A stretch of DNA of 57,783 bases, taken from positions 1-57,783 of the IMG/VR virus record IMGVR_UViG_3300043681_000015; one strand, given 5' to 3'. The stretch's first letter is position 1. Every line of letters begins with the position of its first letter. Made by a program: the position numbers and the translations under genes. Source of the DNA: a virus. Its lineage: Duplodnaviria > Caudoviricetes. Shown here one piece after another: positions 16,953 to 25,514 of the stretch. Under the pieces are notes generated by a model. That model saw only the letters and a list, made by a program, of their open reading frames with translations. It was not told the origin of the DNA and ran no database searches.

Positions 16953-18101
16953 GTGGCCGCCACGGGCTACCAGATCGAGCTGGCGACGGCCGTGGGCGCC
17001 GACCCGGCGACGTGGACGGACATCACCGCCTGGGTCAAGCGGTTCTCCTTCCGCCGCGGCCGGGACGACGTGCTCGACCGGGGGCAGCCGGGCACGGCCA
17101 CCCTCAGCTTGGACAACAGCGACGGGCGCTTCTCCCCCACCAAGACCTCTTCGCCGCTGTACCCCCACGTGGACGCCATGCGGGCGATCCGCATCCGCAC
17201 CACCCTCTCCGCCGTCACCTACTCCCGCTTCTTCGGCTACATCCAGTCGGTGCGGCCGATGGTGCGCCTCGACCAGCAGGAGTGCGTGATCCAGCTCGCG
17301 GACGGCAGCGCGTGGCTCGCCGCCTACAAGACGACGCCCACGTATGGGGCGGTGACCACGGACCTGGCGGTGGGGACGGCGCTGAACAGCGCGTCCTGGC
17401 CCCTCGGCCTGCGGAGCATCGGGAACGCGGTGTCCTCGGTGGCGCCGGCCTACGACAACGCCACGGTGCTCGACCAGGTGCAGAACCTGACCTTCGACAA
17501 CGAGGGGGGCATCTTCTACTTCGACGGGGCGGGCCGGGCCACCTTCCACGGCCGGCACCAGCGGTACGTCGGGGCGTACACCACCTCGCAGGCGACCTTC
17601 AACACGACGGGCGCCCTGCGGATGACCGACCTCGTGGCGGAGCGACCGGTGCGGGACATCGCCAACACGGTCGGCGTGTCCTACGTCGGGGGCGGCATCG
17701 AGACGGAGACGGACGCGGCGTCGGCCACGGCCTACGGCCCCCGGCGCATCGACATCAGCGCCCAGTGGCTCTCCCAGTCCGAGGCGGAGGCCCGCGCCCA
17801 GTACGGGCTGATCCGCAAGAAGAACCCGCAGGACCGGCCGGTGGTCACCGTCGTGGGCCGGAGCACCGCGCTCCAAACGCAGATCCTGGTGCGCGACCTC
17901 GCCGACCGCATCACCATCGCCGGCCCCGCCACGAGCGGCATCTCCGGCGACTTCCACATCGAGGCGGTGAGCGTCGAGGCGGACGCCGTCTCCCGCGTCG
18001 AACGCTGCACCTGGCAGCTCTCCGCGGCGGACACCGCCTCCTACTTCCTGCTGGACGACGCCACCCGCGGCCAACTGGACGACGACCAGTTGGCGCCCTA
18101 G
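16953..18101 (+). CDS. Minor tail/hub protein (may start upstream at 16908 or be read through from the previous gene)
   Basis: WTDIT..RRGR..GTATLSLDNSDGRFSP motif typical of siphovirus minor tail proteins. Confidence 0.75.
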   Translation: MAATGYQIELATAVGADPATWTDITAWVKRFSFRRGRDDVLDRGQPGTATLSLDNSDGRFSPTKTSSPLYPHVDAMRAIRIRTTLSAVTYSRFFGYIQSVRPMVRLDQQECVIQLADGSAWLAAYKTTPTYGAVTTDLAVGTALNSASWPLGLRSIGNAVSSVAPAYDNATVLDQVQNLTFDNEGGIFYFDGAGRATFHGRHQRYVGAYTTSQATFNTTGALRMTDLVAERPVRDIANTVGVSYVGGGIETETDAASATAYGPRRIDISAQWLSQSEAEARAQYGLIRKKNPQDRPVVTVVGRSTALQTQILVRDLADRITIAGPATSGISGDFHIEAVSVEADAVSRVERCTWQLSAADTASYFLLDDATRGQLDDDQLAP

Positions 18102-18111
18102 GAGCAACGGT

Positions 18112-19137
18112 ATGGCTTGGACGACTCCTGCATCCTACGCCGTCTCGGAGGTGCTGGCCGCCGCGAAATTGAACACCCACGTCCGGGACCAGCTCCGCTA
18201 CCTGAAGGGGCTGGACGGCGCGGTCGCGCTCGAGAGCGACGTGAGCGTCGGTCTGGGCACCGGCACGCGGTCGGTCAGCGTCAACGGCGCGGCGGCGGCC
18301 TGGCGCTCGGTCAACTACCTGACGAACAGCAGCAGCCGCTGGATCGTGGGCGCGAACCCGACCCCCGAGGGCGGCGCCAACACCGGCAGCGACTACGCCA
18401 TCGGGCGCTACACGGACGCGGGCGCGTTCGTCGACTCCGTCCTGACGCTGACCCGGGCCACCGGCGCGGCGCTGTTCGCGGACACGATCAGCGTGGCGAG
18501 CACCGGGGGCACCGGCCTCGGCGGCGTCTGGATGGACGCCGCGCCGGGCACGCACCGCGCCTTCACCGGCTTGACGTCCGGCGGGGTCTCGCCCTGGCGG
18601 GTGTTCTCCTCCGCGCTCGGCGGAGACGTCTTCACCCTCAACCTGAACACCGGGGACGGCGCCCTCTCCGGCAGCCTCCAGGTCGCGGGCGCCTGCTTCG
18701 TGACCGGGACGGCGAACCTGAACCTCGACGCCACCACCGGCGACCTCATCGCCCGGAAGCAACTGCGGCCGGTCAGCGACAACACCCTGTCGCTCGGGGT
18801 CACCGGGCTCCGCTGGACGGCGGTGTGGGCCGCGAACGGCTCCATCCAAACGTCCTCCCGGGCGACGAAGCAGATCCTGGGGGTGGTCAACCCGGCCGAG
18901 GCGATGGCCTCCCTCCGGGGGCTCCCGGTGTACCGCTTCCACTACCTCAAGGGCGACGGGGAGGCGGACACGGACTTCGTCCACACCGGCCCGATGGCGG
19001 AGGAGATGCCCGCCGGGATGATGGTGCAGCCGGGCGCGGTGTCCGGCCAGTCGACGGCCGGCTACCTGACGGCCGCGCTCCTCGACGTGGACGCCCGCCT
19101 CGCCGCGCTCGAGGCCAAGCAGCAGGAGGCCGCCTGA
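18112..19137 (+). CDS. Tail fibre/spike with C-terminal intramolecular chaperone (Peptidase S74-like)
   Basis: AWTTP..LNTHVRDQL N-terminus; SLG..RWTAVWAANGSIQTSSRATK..LPVYRFHY..GPMAEE; C-terminal coiled coil. Confidence 0.8.
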   Translation: MAWTTPASYAVSEVLAAAKLNTHVRDQLRYLKGLDGAVALESDVSVGLGTGTRSVSVNGAAAAWRSVNYLTNSSSRWIVGANPTPEGGANTGSDYAIGRYTDAGAFVDSVLTLTRATGAALFADTISVASTGGTGLGGVWMDAAPGTHRAFTGLTSGGVSPWRVFSSALGGDVFTLNLNTGDGALSGSLQVAGACFVTGTANLNLDATTGDLIARKQLRPVSDNTLSLGVTGLRWTAVWAANGSIQTSSRATKQILGVVNPAEAMASLRGLPVYRFHYLKGDGEADTDFVHTGPMAEEMPAGMMVQPGAVSGQSTAGYLTAALLDVDARLAALEAKQQEAA

Positions 19138-19138
19138 G

Positions 19139-19684
19139 ATGCCAACGGAGACGTACCTCGGCGACGAGATCACGGTGCAGGCCCGGCGCTACCGGGACAC
19201 CACCCTCAAGTGGACGGTGGTGGGCAGCTTCACCACCTACGACGAAAACGACGACCTCTTCGGCACCTACGCCGTGGAGGACGCTTTCGACATGGGCGAC
19301 CCGGTCAACGAGGCCGCCGTCGCCGCCTTCGGGGACGACATCGCCACGGTGATCGCCACCAGCCTGGACGTCGACGCCGAGAAGCTGTCCGCCCCGGGGT
19401 CGCCCGGCACGCCCCCCGTCACGCTGACGGAGGACTACCTGGGGGACGACCTCTACGTGACGTGCAAGCGGATGCGGAGCACCGAGGACGGGCTGCTCAC
19501 CTGGACGATCTTCGCCAACGGGGCGACCTACGACGACGAGACGGACGAGCAGGCGGCCATCCACTACGTGGACGACCTGCAAGACCTCCTCTCCGGCGGG
19601 ACGGAGGGCGACCTGCAAGACCTCGGCGCGGCCATCCAGACGGAACTGGCGGCGAACCGGGGCGTGCTCGAGGAGAGGCCCTAG
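19139..19684 (+). CDS. Acidic hypothetical protein with two tandem homologous domains
   Basis: TETYLGDEITVQARR..KWTV..TYDE is repeated as TEDYLGDDLYVTCKR..TWTI..TYDD. Confidence 0.6.
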   Translation: MPTETYLGDEITVQARRYRDTTLKWTVVGSFTTYDENDDLFGTYAVEDAFDMGDPVNEAAVAAFGDDIATVIATSLDVDAEKLSAPGSPGTPPVTLTEDYLGDDLYVTCKRMRSTEDGLLTWTIFANGATYDDETDEQAAIHYVDDLQDLLSGGTEGDLQDLGAAIQTELAANRGVLEERP

Positions 19685-19801
19685 ATGAACGACACCCTGC
19701 TGGGGATGATCCTCTGGATCGCCGCGGCGAACGCGGAACTCCAGAAGCAGGCCGAGCGGATCGCGGAACTGGAGAAGGCCCTGGCCGAGGCGAAGGGCTG
19801 A
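19685..19801 (+). CDS. Small coiled-coil protein (38 aa)
   Basis: ATG immediately after the upstream stop; MNDTLLGMILWIAAANAELQKQAERIAELEKALAEAKG. Confidence 0.5.
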   Translation: MNDTLLGMILWIAAANAELQKQAERIAELEKALAEAKG

Positions 19802-19838
19802 GGCGGGGCCGGGGACGGCAGGAGCGGGGAGCGGCGAT

Positions 19839-20270
19839 GTGGACCCCGGCGGCGCGGCGGCCCTCGTCGCCCTGCTCACCAACGGCGGCCCGTGGGCCGT
19901 CGTGGTGGTCGTCCTGTCCCTCGTGCTCAAGGTCTGGCGCTCCGGCGAGTTCGTCTCCAAGGCCGTCCACGACCAGATCGTGGCCGCCACCACGCAGCGG
20001 TACCTCGACCTCCTGGACCGCTTCAACAACCAGCAGGAGGCCATCAAGCTGTGGCGCGAGAACAGCGAGCGGGCGGGCAAGGCCGCCGAGCTGTCGCAGG
20101 CCCAGCACGCCGAACTGCTGTCCCGCCTGGAGGCCCTGCGGCGGGAGCTGGAGGAGTTCCGTGACGACTTCCACGGCGCCCGCGTCTGGCGCGAGTTGGG
20201 GCCGGCGGACGCCCCCAACGACCGCCCCCAGCGGCCGCCCCGGCGGCCCGACCCCCGCGAGGGGGCGTGA
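19839..20270 (+). CDS. Membrane-anchored coiled-coil protein (lysis region)
   Basis: N-terminal TM segment (WAVVVVVLSLVL) followed by a coiled coil. Confidence 0.6.
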   Translation: MDPGGAAALVALLTNGGPWAVVVVVLSLVLKVWRSGEFVSKAVHDQIVAATTQRYLDLLDRFNNQQEAIKLWRENSERAGKAAELSQAQHAELLSRLEALRRELEEFRDDFHGARVWRELGPADAPNDRPQRPPRRPDPREGA

Positions 20271-20271
20271 G

Positions 20272-20523
20272 GTGCCCGCCTGGGCCGCCGTGGCCGACCG
20301 CCTCGCCGCCGGGTGGCGGTCGATCTGGACGCCCAAGGCGGCCCGCGAGGTCGAGGACGCGGGGCTGGACGCGGCGCTGGCCGGGATGCCCGACCCGCCG
20401 CCGACGCCGGACCCGTGGGCGGGGCTGGACGAGGCGCAGCGCCGCAGCGCCGCGCTGGAGCGCCGCAGCCGGGAGCTGGCCCGGCTCTACGACCGCCGCC
20501 GGGAGGAGCCCCCCGCGCCATGA
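20272..20523 (+). CDS. Hypothetical protein
   Basis: GTG just after the upstream stop; its stop overlaps the next ATG (ATGA). Confidence 0.45.
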   Translation: MPAWAAVADRLAAGWRSIWTPKAAREVEDAGLDAALAGMPDPPPTPDPWAGLDEAQRRSAALERRSRELARLYDRRREEPPAP

Positions 20524-21017
20524 ACTACGCGTCTATCTCGCCAACCGTCGACGCCTTCGAGGCGGCGCTCGCCCTGCTGCTGCTGGTCGCCTGGTGGTTC
20601 GCCGCCCGCAACGTGCGGGAGGGGTGGACGGAGAAGGAGTGGGCGCTGGACGACCCCTCCCCGGTCATGCGCCGGCTGGGGGCGGTGCGCTACGACAACG
20701 CCCGCCTCCTGGCCGTCGTGGTGTTCTGCGTCACGGTCATCGACCTCCTCATCATGCTGACGCCCAGCGCCATCCAGACGCTGGAGGGCGCCACCGAGGT
20801 GCTGGTGTCCGTGGGCTCCCGCGTGGCCCTCATCGTCGCCACCCTCGCCATCATCCACAAGATCTGGAACGACTCGTGGTGGCGGCGCTACTCGGACGCG
20901 CACCCCGGCAACCGGCAGCGCCCGGCGCCGGCTGCACCGGGCGCGGCGGCGGAGGTGCCCGTGGTGGAGGCGCCCGTGGTGGTGGTCGAGCCCGCGACCG
21001 CCGGGGAGAAGGACTGA
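20520..21017 (+). CDS. Three-TM membrane protein (lysis region)
   Basis: Three hydrophobic segments; ATGA coupling to the upstream gene. Confidence 0.6.
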   Translation: MNYASISPTVDAFEAALALLLLVAWWFAARNVREGWTEKEWALDDPSPVMRRLGAVRYDNARLLAVVVFCVTVIDLLIMLTPSAIQTLEGATEVLVSVGSRVALIVATLAIIHKIWNDSWWRRYSDAHPGNRQRPAPAAPGAAAEVPVVEAPVVVVEPATAGEKD

Positions 21018-21020
21018 CCG

Positions 21021-21290
21021 ATGGACACCGAGCTGCTCACCCGCCCCGCCATCTACCTCTTCGCCGCGCCGCTCATCGTGGCGATGGTGGAACTCGCCAA
21101 GCGGACGGGCTGCCCCGACCGCTTCGCCCCGCTGGTGGCCGTCGTCCTCGGGCTGCTCACCGCCTTCGGCGCGGTGGCGGCCATCCCGTTCCCCCCGCAG
21201 CACTACTTCATCACCGTCCTGATCGGCCTCGGCATGGGGCTCGGCGCCGCCGGCTTGTACTCCGGCGGGCGCACGCTGCTGAAGGTGTAG
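21021..21290 (+). CDS. Holin
   Basis: 89 aa with three TM helices; LIVAMVELAK..RFAPLVAVVLG..GLGAAGLYSG; directly upstream of the endolysin. Confidence 0.85.
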   Translation: MDTELLTRPAIYLFAAPLIVAMVELAKRTGCPDRFAPLVAVVLGLLTAFGAVAAIPFPPQHYFITVLIGLGMGLGAAGLYSGGRTLLKV

Positions 21291-21294
21291 GACA

Positions 21295-22143
21295 GTGGAC
21301 GTACCGTTCCTGTCCCAGATCGACCCCGCTACCGGCAGCGGCGAGAGCAACTGCGGCCCCGCCGCCCTGGCGATGCTGCTGGCCTACCGGGGTGTCATCG
21401 CTCCCTCCCGAGGGGCGATGCTGTACGTGGCGGATATCGTTCGGGACGGGGTGCCGGACGGGCTGGGCTCGCACACCAACACCTACACCACGTTCGCGCA
21501 GCTCCAGGCGTGCGCCGCGTGGTTCGACCAGGCGACCGTCTGGTGCGGCTCCTGGTCGGACATCCGGGCCTCGCTGGAGAAGGGCGAACCGGTCATCCTG
21601 CTGGTGGACAACACGTACCTCCAGCCCCGGCAGTACCCGGTCTCTCCCGCCTTCAACGGCAACCACTTCATCGTGCTCACGGGCTACGACGCGGCGGCCG
21701 GGACGGTGACGGTGAACGACCCCCTCTCCGTCTACGCGAAGGGGCCGGCGACCTACACCATCGCCAGCGTCGTGGCCGCCGCCAACGCGGTGGGCGGGGT
21801 GCAGGCCATCGCGTTCGCCCCGCTCGAGGAGGAAGGGCCGAACATGGACGGCATCATCACGGAGCTGAACAACCAGATCGCCGCGCTGCGGGCCGAGATC
21901 GACGGCCAGCGGGGCATCATCCGGGAGCAGGAGAGCCAGATCGGGGCGCTGCGCCAGGAGATCGCCGGCAAGGACAGCACCATCGGCGCGCTGGAGCACG
22001 ACGTGATCCCCGGCCTCGAGGCGCGCCTCACGGTCATGGAGCAGCAACTCCGAGACGCCGTCGCGCAGGCGGTGGCCCGCAAACTGGCGAGCGTGGTGGT
22101 CAAGTACCAGGACGGGAGCGAGGAGACGGCGAGCGCCGCTTAG
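21295..22143 (+). CDS. Endolysin: C39-like cysteine peptidase with C-terminal coiled coil
   Basis: VPFLSQ, NCGPAALAM (catalytic Cys), HFIVLTGYD (His), VNDP; follows the holin. Confidence 0.8.
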   Translation: MDVPFLSQIDPATGSGESNCGPAALAMLLAYRGVIAPSRGAMLYVADIVRDGVPDGLGSHTNTYTTFAQLQACAAWFDQATVWCGSWSDIRASLEKGEPVILLVDNTYLQPRQYPVSPAFNGNHFIVLTGYDAAAGTVTVNDPLSVYAKGPATYTIASVVAAANAVGGVQAIAFAPLEEEGPNMDGIITELNNQIAALRAEIDGQRGIIREQESQIGALRQEIAGKDSTIGALEHDVIPGLEARLTVMEQQLRDAVAQAVARKLASVVVKYQDGSEETASAA

Positions 22144-22256
22144 GGCAGCAGCACCCCCGCCGCCGCCAGTCCCAGGATGACCGCCTTCGCCGCCAGGCAG
22201 ACGACGGCCATGATGAGGGCGTACTTCGCCAGCCGCAGGAAGAAGACGTAGGTCAT
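22140..22256 (-). CDS. Small hydrophobic membrane protein (38 aa)
   Basis: MTYVFFLRLAKYALIMAVVCLAAKAVILGLAAAGVLLP; its start overlaps the pilin stop. Confidence 0.5.
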   Translation of the reverse strand: MTYVFFLRLAKYALIMAVVCLAAKAVILGLAAAGVLLP

Positions 22257-22489
22257 CAGTGGGGGATGGCGCCCTGGATGACGGACATGATGATGCGGGC
22301 GGCGAAGACGAGGCCGAGCCCCACGACCGCCGCCGTCATCCCCTCCTGGCCCTTCATCTTCCTGACCGGGTTGCCGCCGGACGCGGCGTACTCGATCGCG
22401 CTGATGACGAAGAAGAACGTCGCCGCCGCCACCGCCACGCCCGTCGCGATGTTCGTGAACGTCGTGAGGATCGCGTTAAACTCGCCCAT
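22256..22489 (-). CDS. TrbC/VirB2-like (T4SS-type) pilin
   Basis: Two TM helices joined by Y..SGGNP..K.K..M..AVVGL; strong RBS AAGGAGAG. Confidence 0.65.
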   Translation of the reverse strand: MGEFNAILTTFTNIATGVAVAAATFFFVISAIEYAASGGNPVRKMKGQEGMTAAVVGLGLVFAARIIMSVIQGAIPH

Positions 22490-22519
22490 ACCCCGCTCTC
22501 CTTAGCCCGTCAATGTCAC

Positions 22520-22578
22520 TGTGCTATTGTATAGCACATGAAGTACAAGGCAGTACAGGGAGTGAGGGTGGCTATACT
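22520..22578. promoter_or_regulatory. Divergent promoter region with operator palindrome
   Basis: TGTGCTAT-N3-ATAGCACA (22520-22538), tandem AGTACA(A/G)GG, and -10 TATACT at 22573-22578. Confidence 0.6.
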
Positions 22579-22587
22579 GTTCCTAGC

Positions 22588-22764
22588 GTGCCGAGAAGAA
22601 CGACCGTGGTGACCATGTTCCGCTTCCCCGTGGAAGTGCGAGAGTGGTTGGTTGCCCTCGCCGCTCGCGAGAAGCGCACACTCATCGCCCAGGTGCTCCT
22701 CATCTTTGAGGAGTGGCGGGCGATGAAGGAGCGCGACGGTGCTGACCTCCCACCGGCGTCCTGA
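22588..22764 (+). CDS. Arc-like ribbon-helix-helix DNA-binding protein
   Basis: TMFRFPVEVREWLVALAAREKRTLIAQVLLIFEE fits the Arc/RHH pattern. Confidence 0.75.
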   Translation: MPRRTTVVTMFRFPVEVREWLVALAAREKRTLIAQVLLIFEEWRAMKERDGADLPPAS

Positions 22765-24268
22765 CGCACCCCCGCCGCCGAAGCCCGTCAGCGTTGCCGA
22801 CCCCCTCGCACCCACCACGCAGGAGTGGAGAGAGCGGGAGCGGGAGAAGGCGGCGGCGCAGGCCGGACGCCTGCGCCTCGTCGCGCTGGCCCTCTCCCTG
22901 CCCTTCCTCGCGGGCGGGGTCTACGCCTTCTTCCTCGTCTACGTCTGGCGCATCCTCTGTAGGTGGGTGCCGGCTGCCCGTCGGTGGGGTGTCCTGTGGG
23001 CCGTGCCCGCCCTCGCGTGCGCGTACCTGTTCCCCCAGGCGGTGCTGGGGCCGACGCGCGACCTCTTGCTCCTGCCGGTGAGCGTGGGGCCGGAGCTGCC
23101 CGTGCTCACGACCGCCCCGTTGCCCCTACCGAGCGAGCTGGGGCTGTCCGCCGCGGTGCCGGTGGCCGACCCCTTCCCGCCGCTGCGGGGGCACCTGACG
23201 GCGTCGTGGCGGACGGGCCTCGTCTGGGCGGCGCTGCTGGCCGCCGGCTGGGGCGTGGGCGGGCTGCTCGAGGGGGCGCGGCTGAAGCCCCGCTCGGCAG
23301 CGGAGATCATCCGCGCCGCCGAGCGGGCGCTGAAGAACAAGGCGGTGGTGATCGAGGCGAACCTGGTGCTGCGCGGGTTCATCACCATGCTGTACGCGAA
23401 GCAGGGGACGGGTAAGACGGAGTGGGCCTGCGCCCTGGTGCGGAACAACGCGCACATCCGGTTCTATTGGCTGACCGAGCAGACGGACGACGTGTTCGGC
23501 CCCTACCTGCTGCGGTGGGGGCTCAGGGACGCCCCGAACCTGAAGGTCGTGACGCGGGACGAGGCCGATAAGCTGTGGGAGGCGCACGGGCACGACACGT
23601 CCGCGACGTGGGACTACCTCGGCCCGATGGTGCTCGAGCAGGCCGGGGCGATGGGCTTCGAGGTCTTCATCATGGACACCTGGACCGCCTGGACGAACGG
23701 GGCGCAGGACGCCAAGAGCATCCAGGCGGCCATGTCCCCCATCCGCAAGGCGGCGGGGAAGTGGCACTACGCCGTGCTGACGATCGGGCACACGAACCAG
23801 GACGGCATCCTGCTGGGCAGCAAGGAGTTCGAGCGGCTCTGCGACATCAGCGCCGGCATGGACGTCGTGGAGGGCACGGCCGTCCGCCGCGTGACGTGGG
23901 TCAAGGACCGCTCGCCGGCCGAGCCCAAGAAAGCCGGGGACACGCGCCTGCTCGTGCGCGACCTCGACGCCTCGCCGCCGGGCTACCGCGAGCCAACTTC
24001 GGAGGAACTATCGAGTGGGGGGGTAGGGGGGGTTGTCCAGGGTCAGCGTGATAGTAATAGGTCACCTACGGCGTTCGAGCGGGTGCTCACGGCGCTGGGC
24101 GAAGGCCCCTCGACGGTGGCGGAGTTGCGGGAGCATACGGGGCTGTCGCAGCCAGCGGTGAGCGGGGCGCTGACGGCGCTGGAGGGCGAGGCGAAGGCCA
24201 TCCGGATCGGGAAGCGGGGCAAGGCGGATCTGTGGCGGATCAAGGGGATTGAGGAGGGGGTGGCGTGA
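22739..24268 (+). CDS. Membrane-anchored RecA/AAA_25-like ATPase with C-terminal winged HTH
   Basis: N-terminal TM segments; Walker A YAKQGTGKT, Walker B FIMDT, IGHTN; C-terminal GPSTVAELREHTGLSQPAVSGALTAL. Confidence 0.7.
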   Translation: MLTSHRRPDAPPPPKPVSVADPLAPTTQEWREREREKAAAQAGRLRLVALALSLPFLAGGVYAFFLVYVWRILCRWVPAARRWGVLWAVPALACAYLFPQAVLGPTRDLLLLPVSVGPELPVLTTAPLPLPSELGLSAAVPVADPFPPLRGHLTASWRTGLVWAALLAAGWGVGGLLEGARLKPRSAAEIIRAAERALKNKAVVIEANLVLRGFITMLYAKQGTGKTEWACALVRNNAHIRFYWLTEQTDDVFGPYLLRWGLRDAPNLKVVTRDEADKLWEAHGHDTSATWDYLGPMVLEQAGAMGFEVFIMDTWTAWTNGAQDAKSIQAAMSPIRKAAGKWHYAVLTIGHTNQDGILLGSKEFERLCDISAGMDVVEGTAVRRVTWVKDRSPAEPKKAGDTRLLVRDLDASPPGYREPTSEELSSGGVGGVVQGQRDSNRSPTAFERVLTALGEGPSTVAELREHTGLSQPAVSGALTALEGEAKAIRIGKRGKADLWRIKGIEEGVA

Positions 24269-24663
24269 GCAAGGTGCTGTGGAGTTGGCGGGAGGACCAA
24301 CCGAACGTCTTCCTGGCGGGCGCCGTGGACAACGTCGTCTTCTGGATGAACACCTACTGGGTCTTGCCGAGCAGCCACTACGAGGCGATGGGCGTGCTGC
24401 GGCTGCTCAGCACCATCGAGTCCGCCGGGGTCTGGATCGCCGCGGAGGAGGCCGAACTCCGGCGCCGGCCGCCGGACGACGAGGACGACGGCCCCTCGCT
24501 CGAGCGCATCCACATCGACCACGCCCACAGCATCCAGTTCTACTGCTGGTACTTGCTCGCCAAGAAGCGGAAGACGCTGAGGCTCATAGAGTCGGAGGAC
24601 GGCGATGGGACTGCTCGGGGCGGTGCTGGTGTGGCTGGCGCTGCTGCCGCTGAGGCTGGGTAG
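24265..24663 (+). CDS. Hypothetical protein
   Basis: GTGA coupling, RBS GAGGAGG. Confidence 0.55.
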   Translation: MSKVLWSWREDQPNVFLAGAVDNVVFWMNTYWVLPSSHYEAMGVLRLLSTIESAGVWIAAEEAELRRRPPDDEDDGPSLERIHIDHAHSIQFYCWYLLAKKRKTLRLIESEDGDGTARGGAGVAGAAAAEAG

Positions 24664-24825
24664 GGGCGTGGTGGTGTTCCTCTGGGTCTTCGGGGTGGGG
24701 CTGCTCTCACAGGGCGGCAGAGACGACGCGGACGCAGACCGGGGGCGGTGGAGCTTGCAGCGAGGGAACCACCCGGACGTTTGGCTGGTCACCCCGGCGA
24801 TCGGCCGCCGGGGGTGGGCGAAGCG

Positions 24826-25131
24826 GTGACCGACCAGACCGAGGAGCGGGTCGCGGACGCCGAGCTGGCGGAGTGGCAGCGGGTGGCGGCCCTCGGCCTG
24901 GGGGCCTCCCCGCTGACGACGCAGCGGCTCATCGTGGAGGTGTACCGCTTGCGGGCGCTGCTCTCGCCGTTGGTGGCGACGGAGATGGAGCCGACCTACT
25001 ACGACCGCGAGGACTGGGAGAACTGCTGCTACTGCCGGGCGGAGAAGCCGTGCTACGGGCCGACGCGGAACGACCCGTTCGTCCACGACGCGGACTGCCC
25101 GTGGCTGCTGGCGAAGGAGGGGGTGGCGTGA
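24826..25131 (+). CDS. Hypothetical protein with Cys/His motif
   Basis: CCYC..H.ADCPW motif; coupled to neighbouring genes. Confidence 0.55.
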   Translation: MTDQTEERVADAELAEWQRVAALGLGASPLTTQRLIVEVYRLRALLSPLVATEMEPTYYDREDWENCCYCRAEKPCYGPTRNDPFVHDADCPWLLAKEGVA

Positions 25132-25514
25132 TGGACGAGGCGCGGCTCAAAGATATCGAGGCGCGGGCGGTGGCGCAAACGCCCGGGACGTCGGTACTCA
25201 CCGAGCGGGGTGGCATGGGGTGGGACGTGGACGTGCTTGGCCCCGACGCCCAGAAGCGCGACCTGTCGGGGATACGCGGGATGTTCTGGCGATGGGAAGA
25301 CGCCGAGTTCTACGCCGCGGCCCGCCAGGACGTCCCTGCCCTCATCGCCGAGGTGCGGCGGCTGCGGGACTTCCTCCGGTGGACGGACGACGAACTGCTG
25401 CGGATCGCCGCACTGGGCATAAGCCCGGCGGTGTCCCGCTGCCTGAGCGTCCTCGTAGAAGAGATCCGCGAGCGCACCGGCGAGCGGGGCGGGAAGCGGG
25501 ACGCGCAGCCGTGA
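25131..25514 (+). CDS. Ead/Ea22-like phage protein
   Basis: RLKDIEARA..DAEFYAAARQDVPALIAEVRRL motif. Confidence 0.6.
   Translation: MDEARLKDIEARAVAQTPGTSVLTERGGMGWDVDVLGPDAQKRDLSGIRGMFWRWEDAEFYAAARQDVPALIAEVRRLRDFLRWTDDELLRIAALGISPAVSRCLSVLVEEIRERTGERGGKRDAQP

Noticed and set aside
13341-18172. Very long alternative-frame ORFs (13341-16874 minus, 14495-18172 plus) and many similar ones across the window
   Set aside because: Arg/Gly/Pro-rich shadow frames of real genes, caused by high GC and rare stop codons; they contain no motifs.
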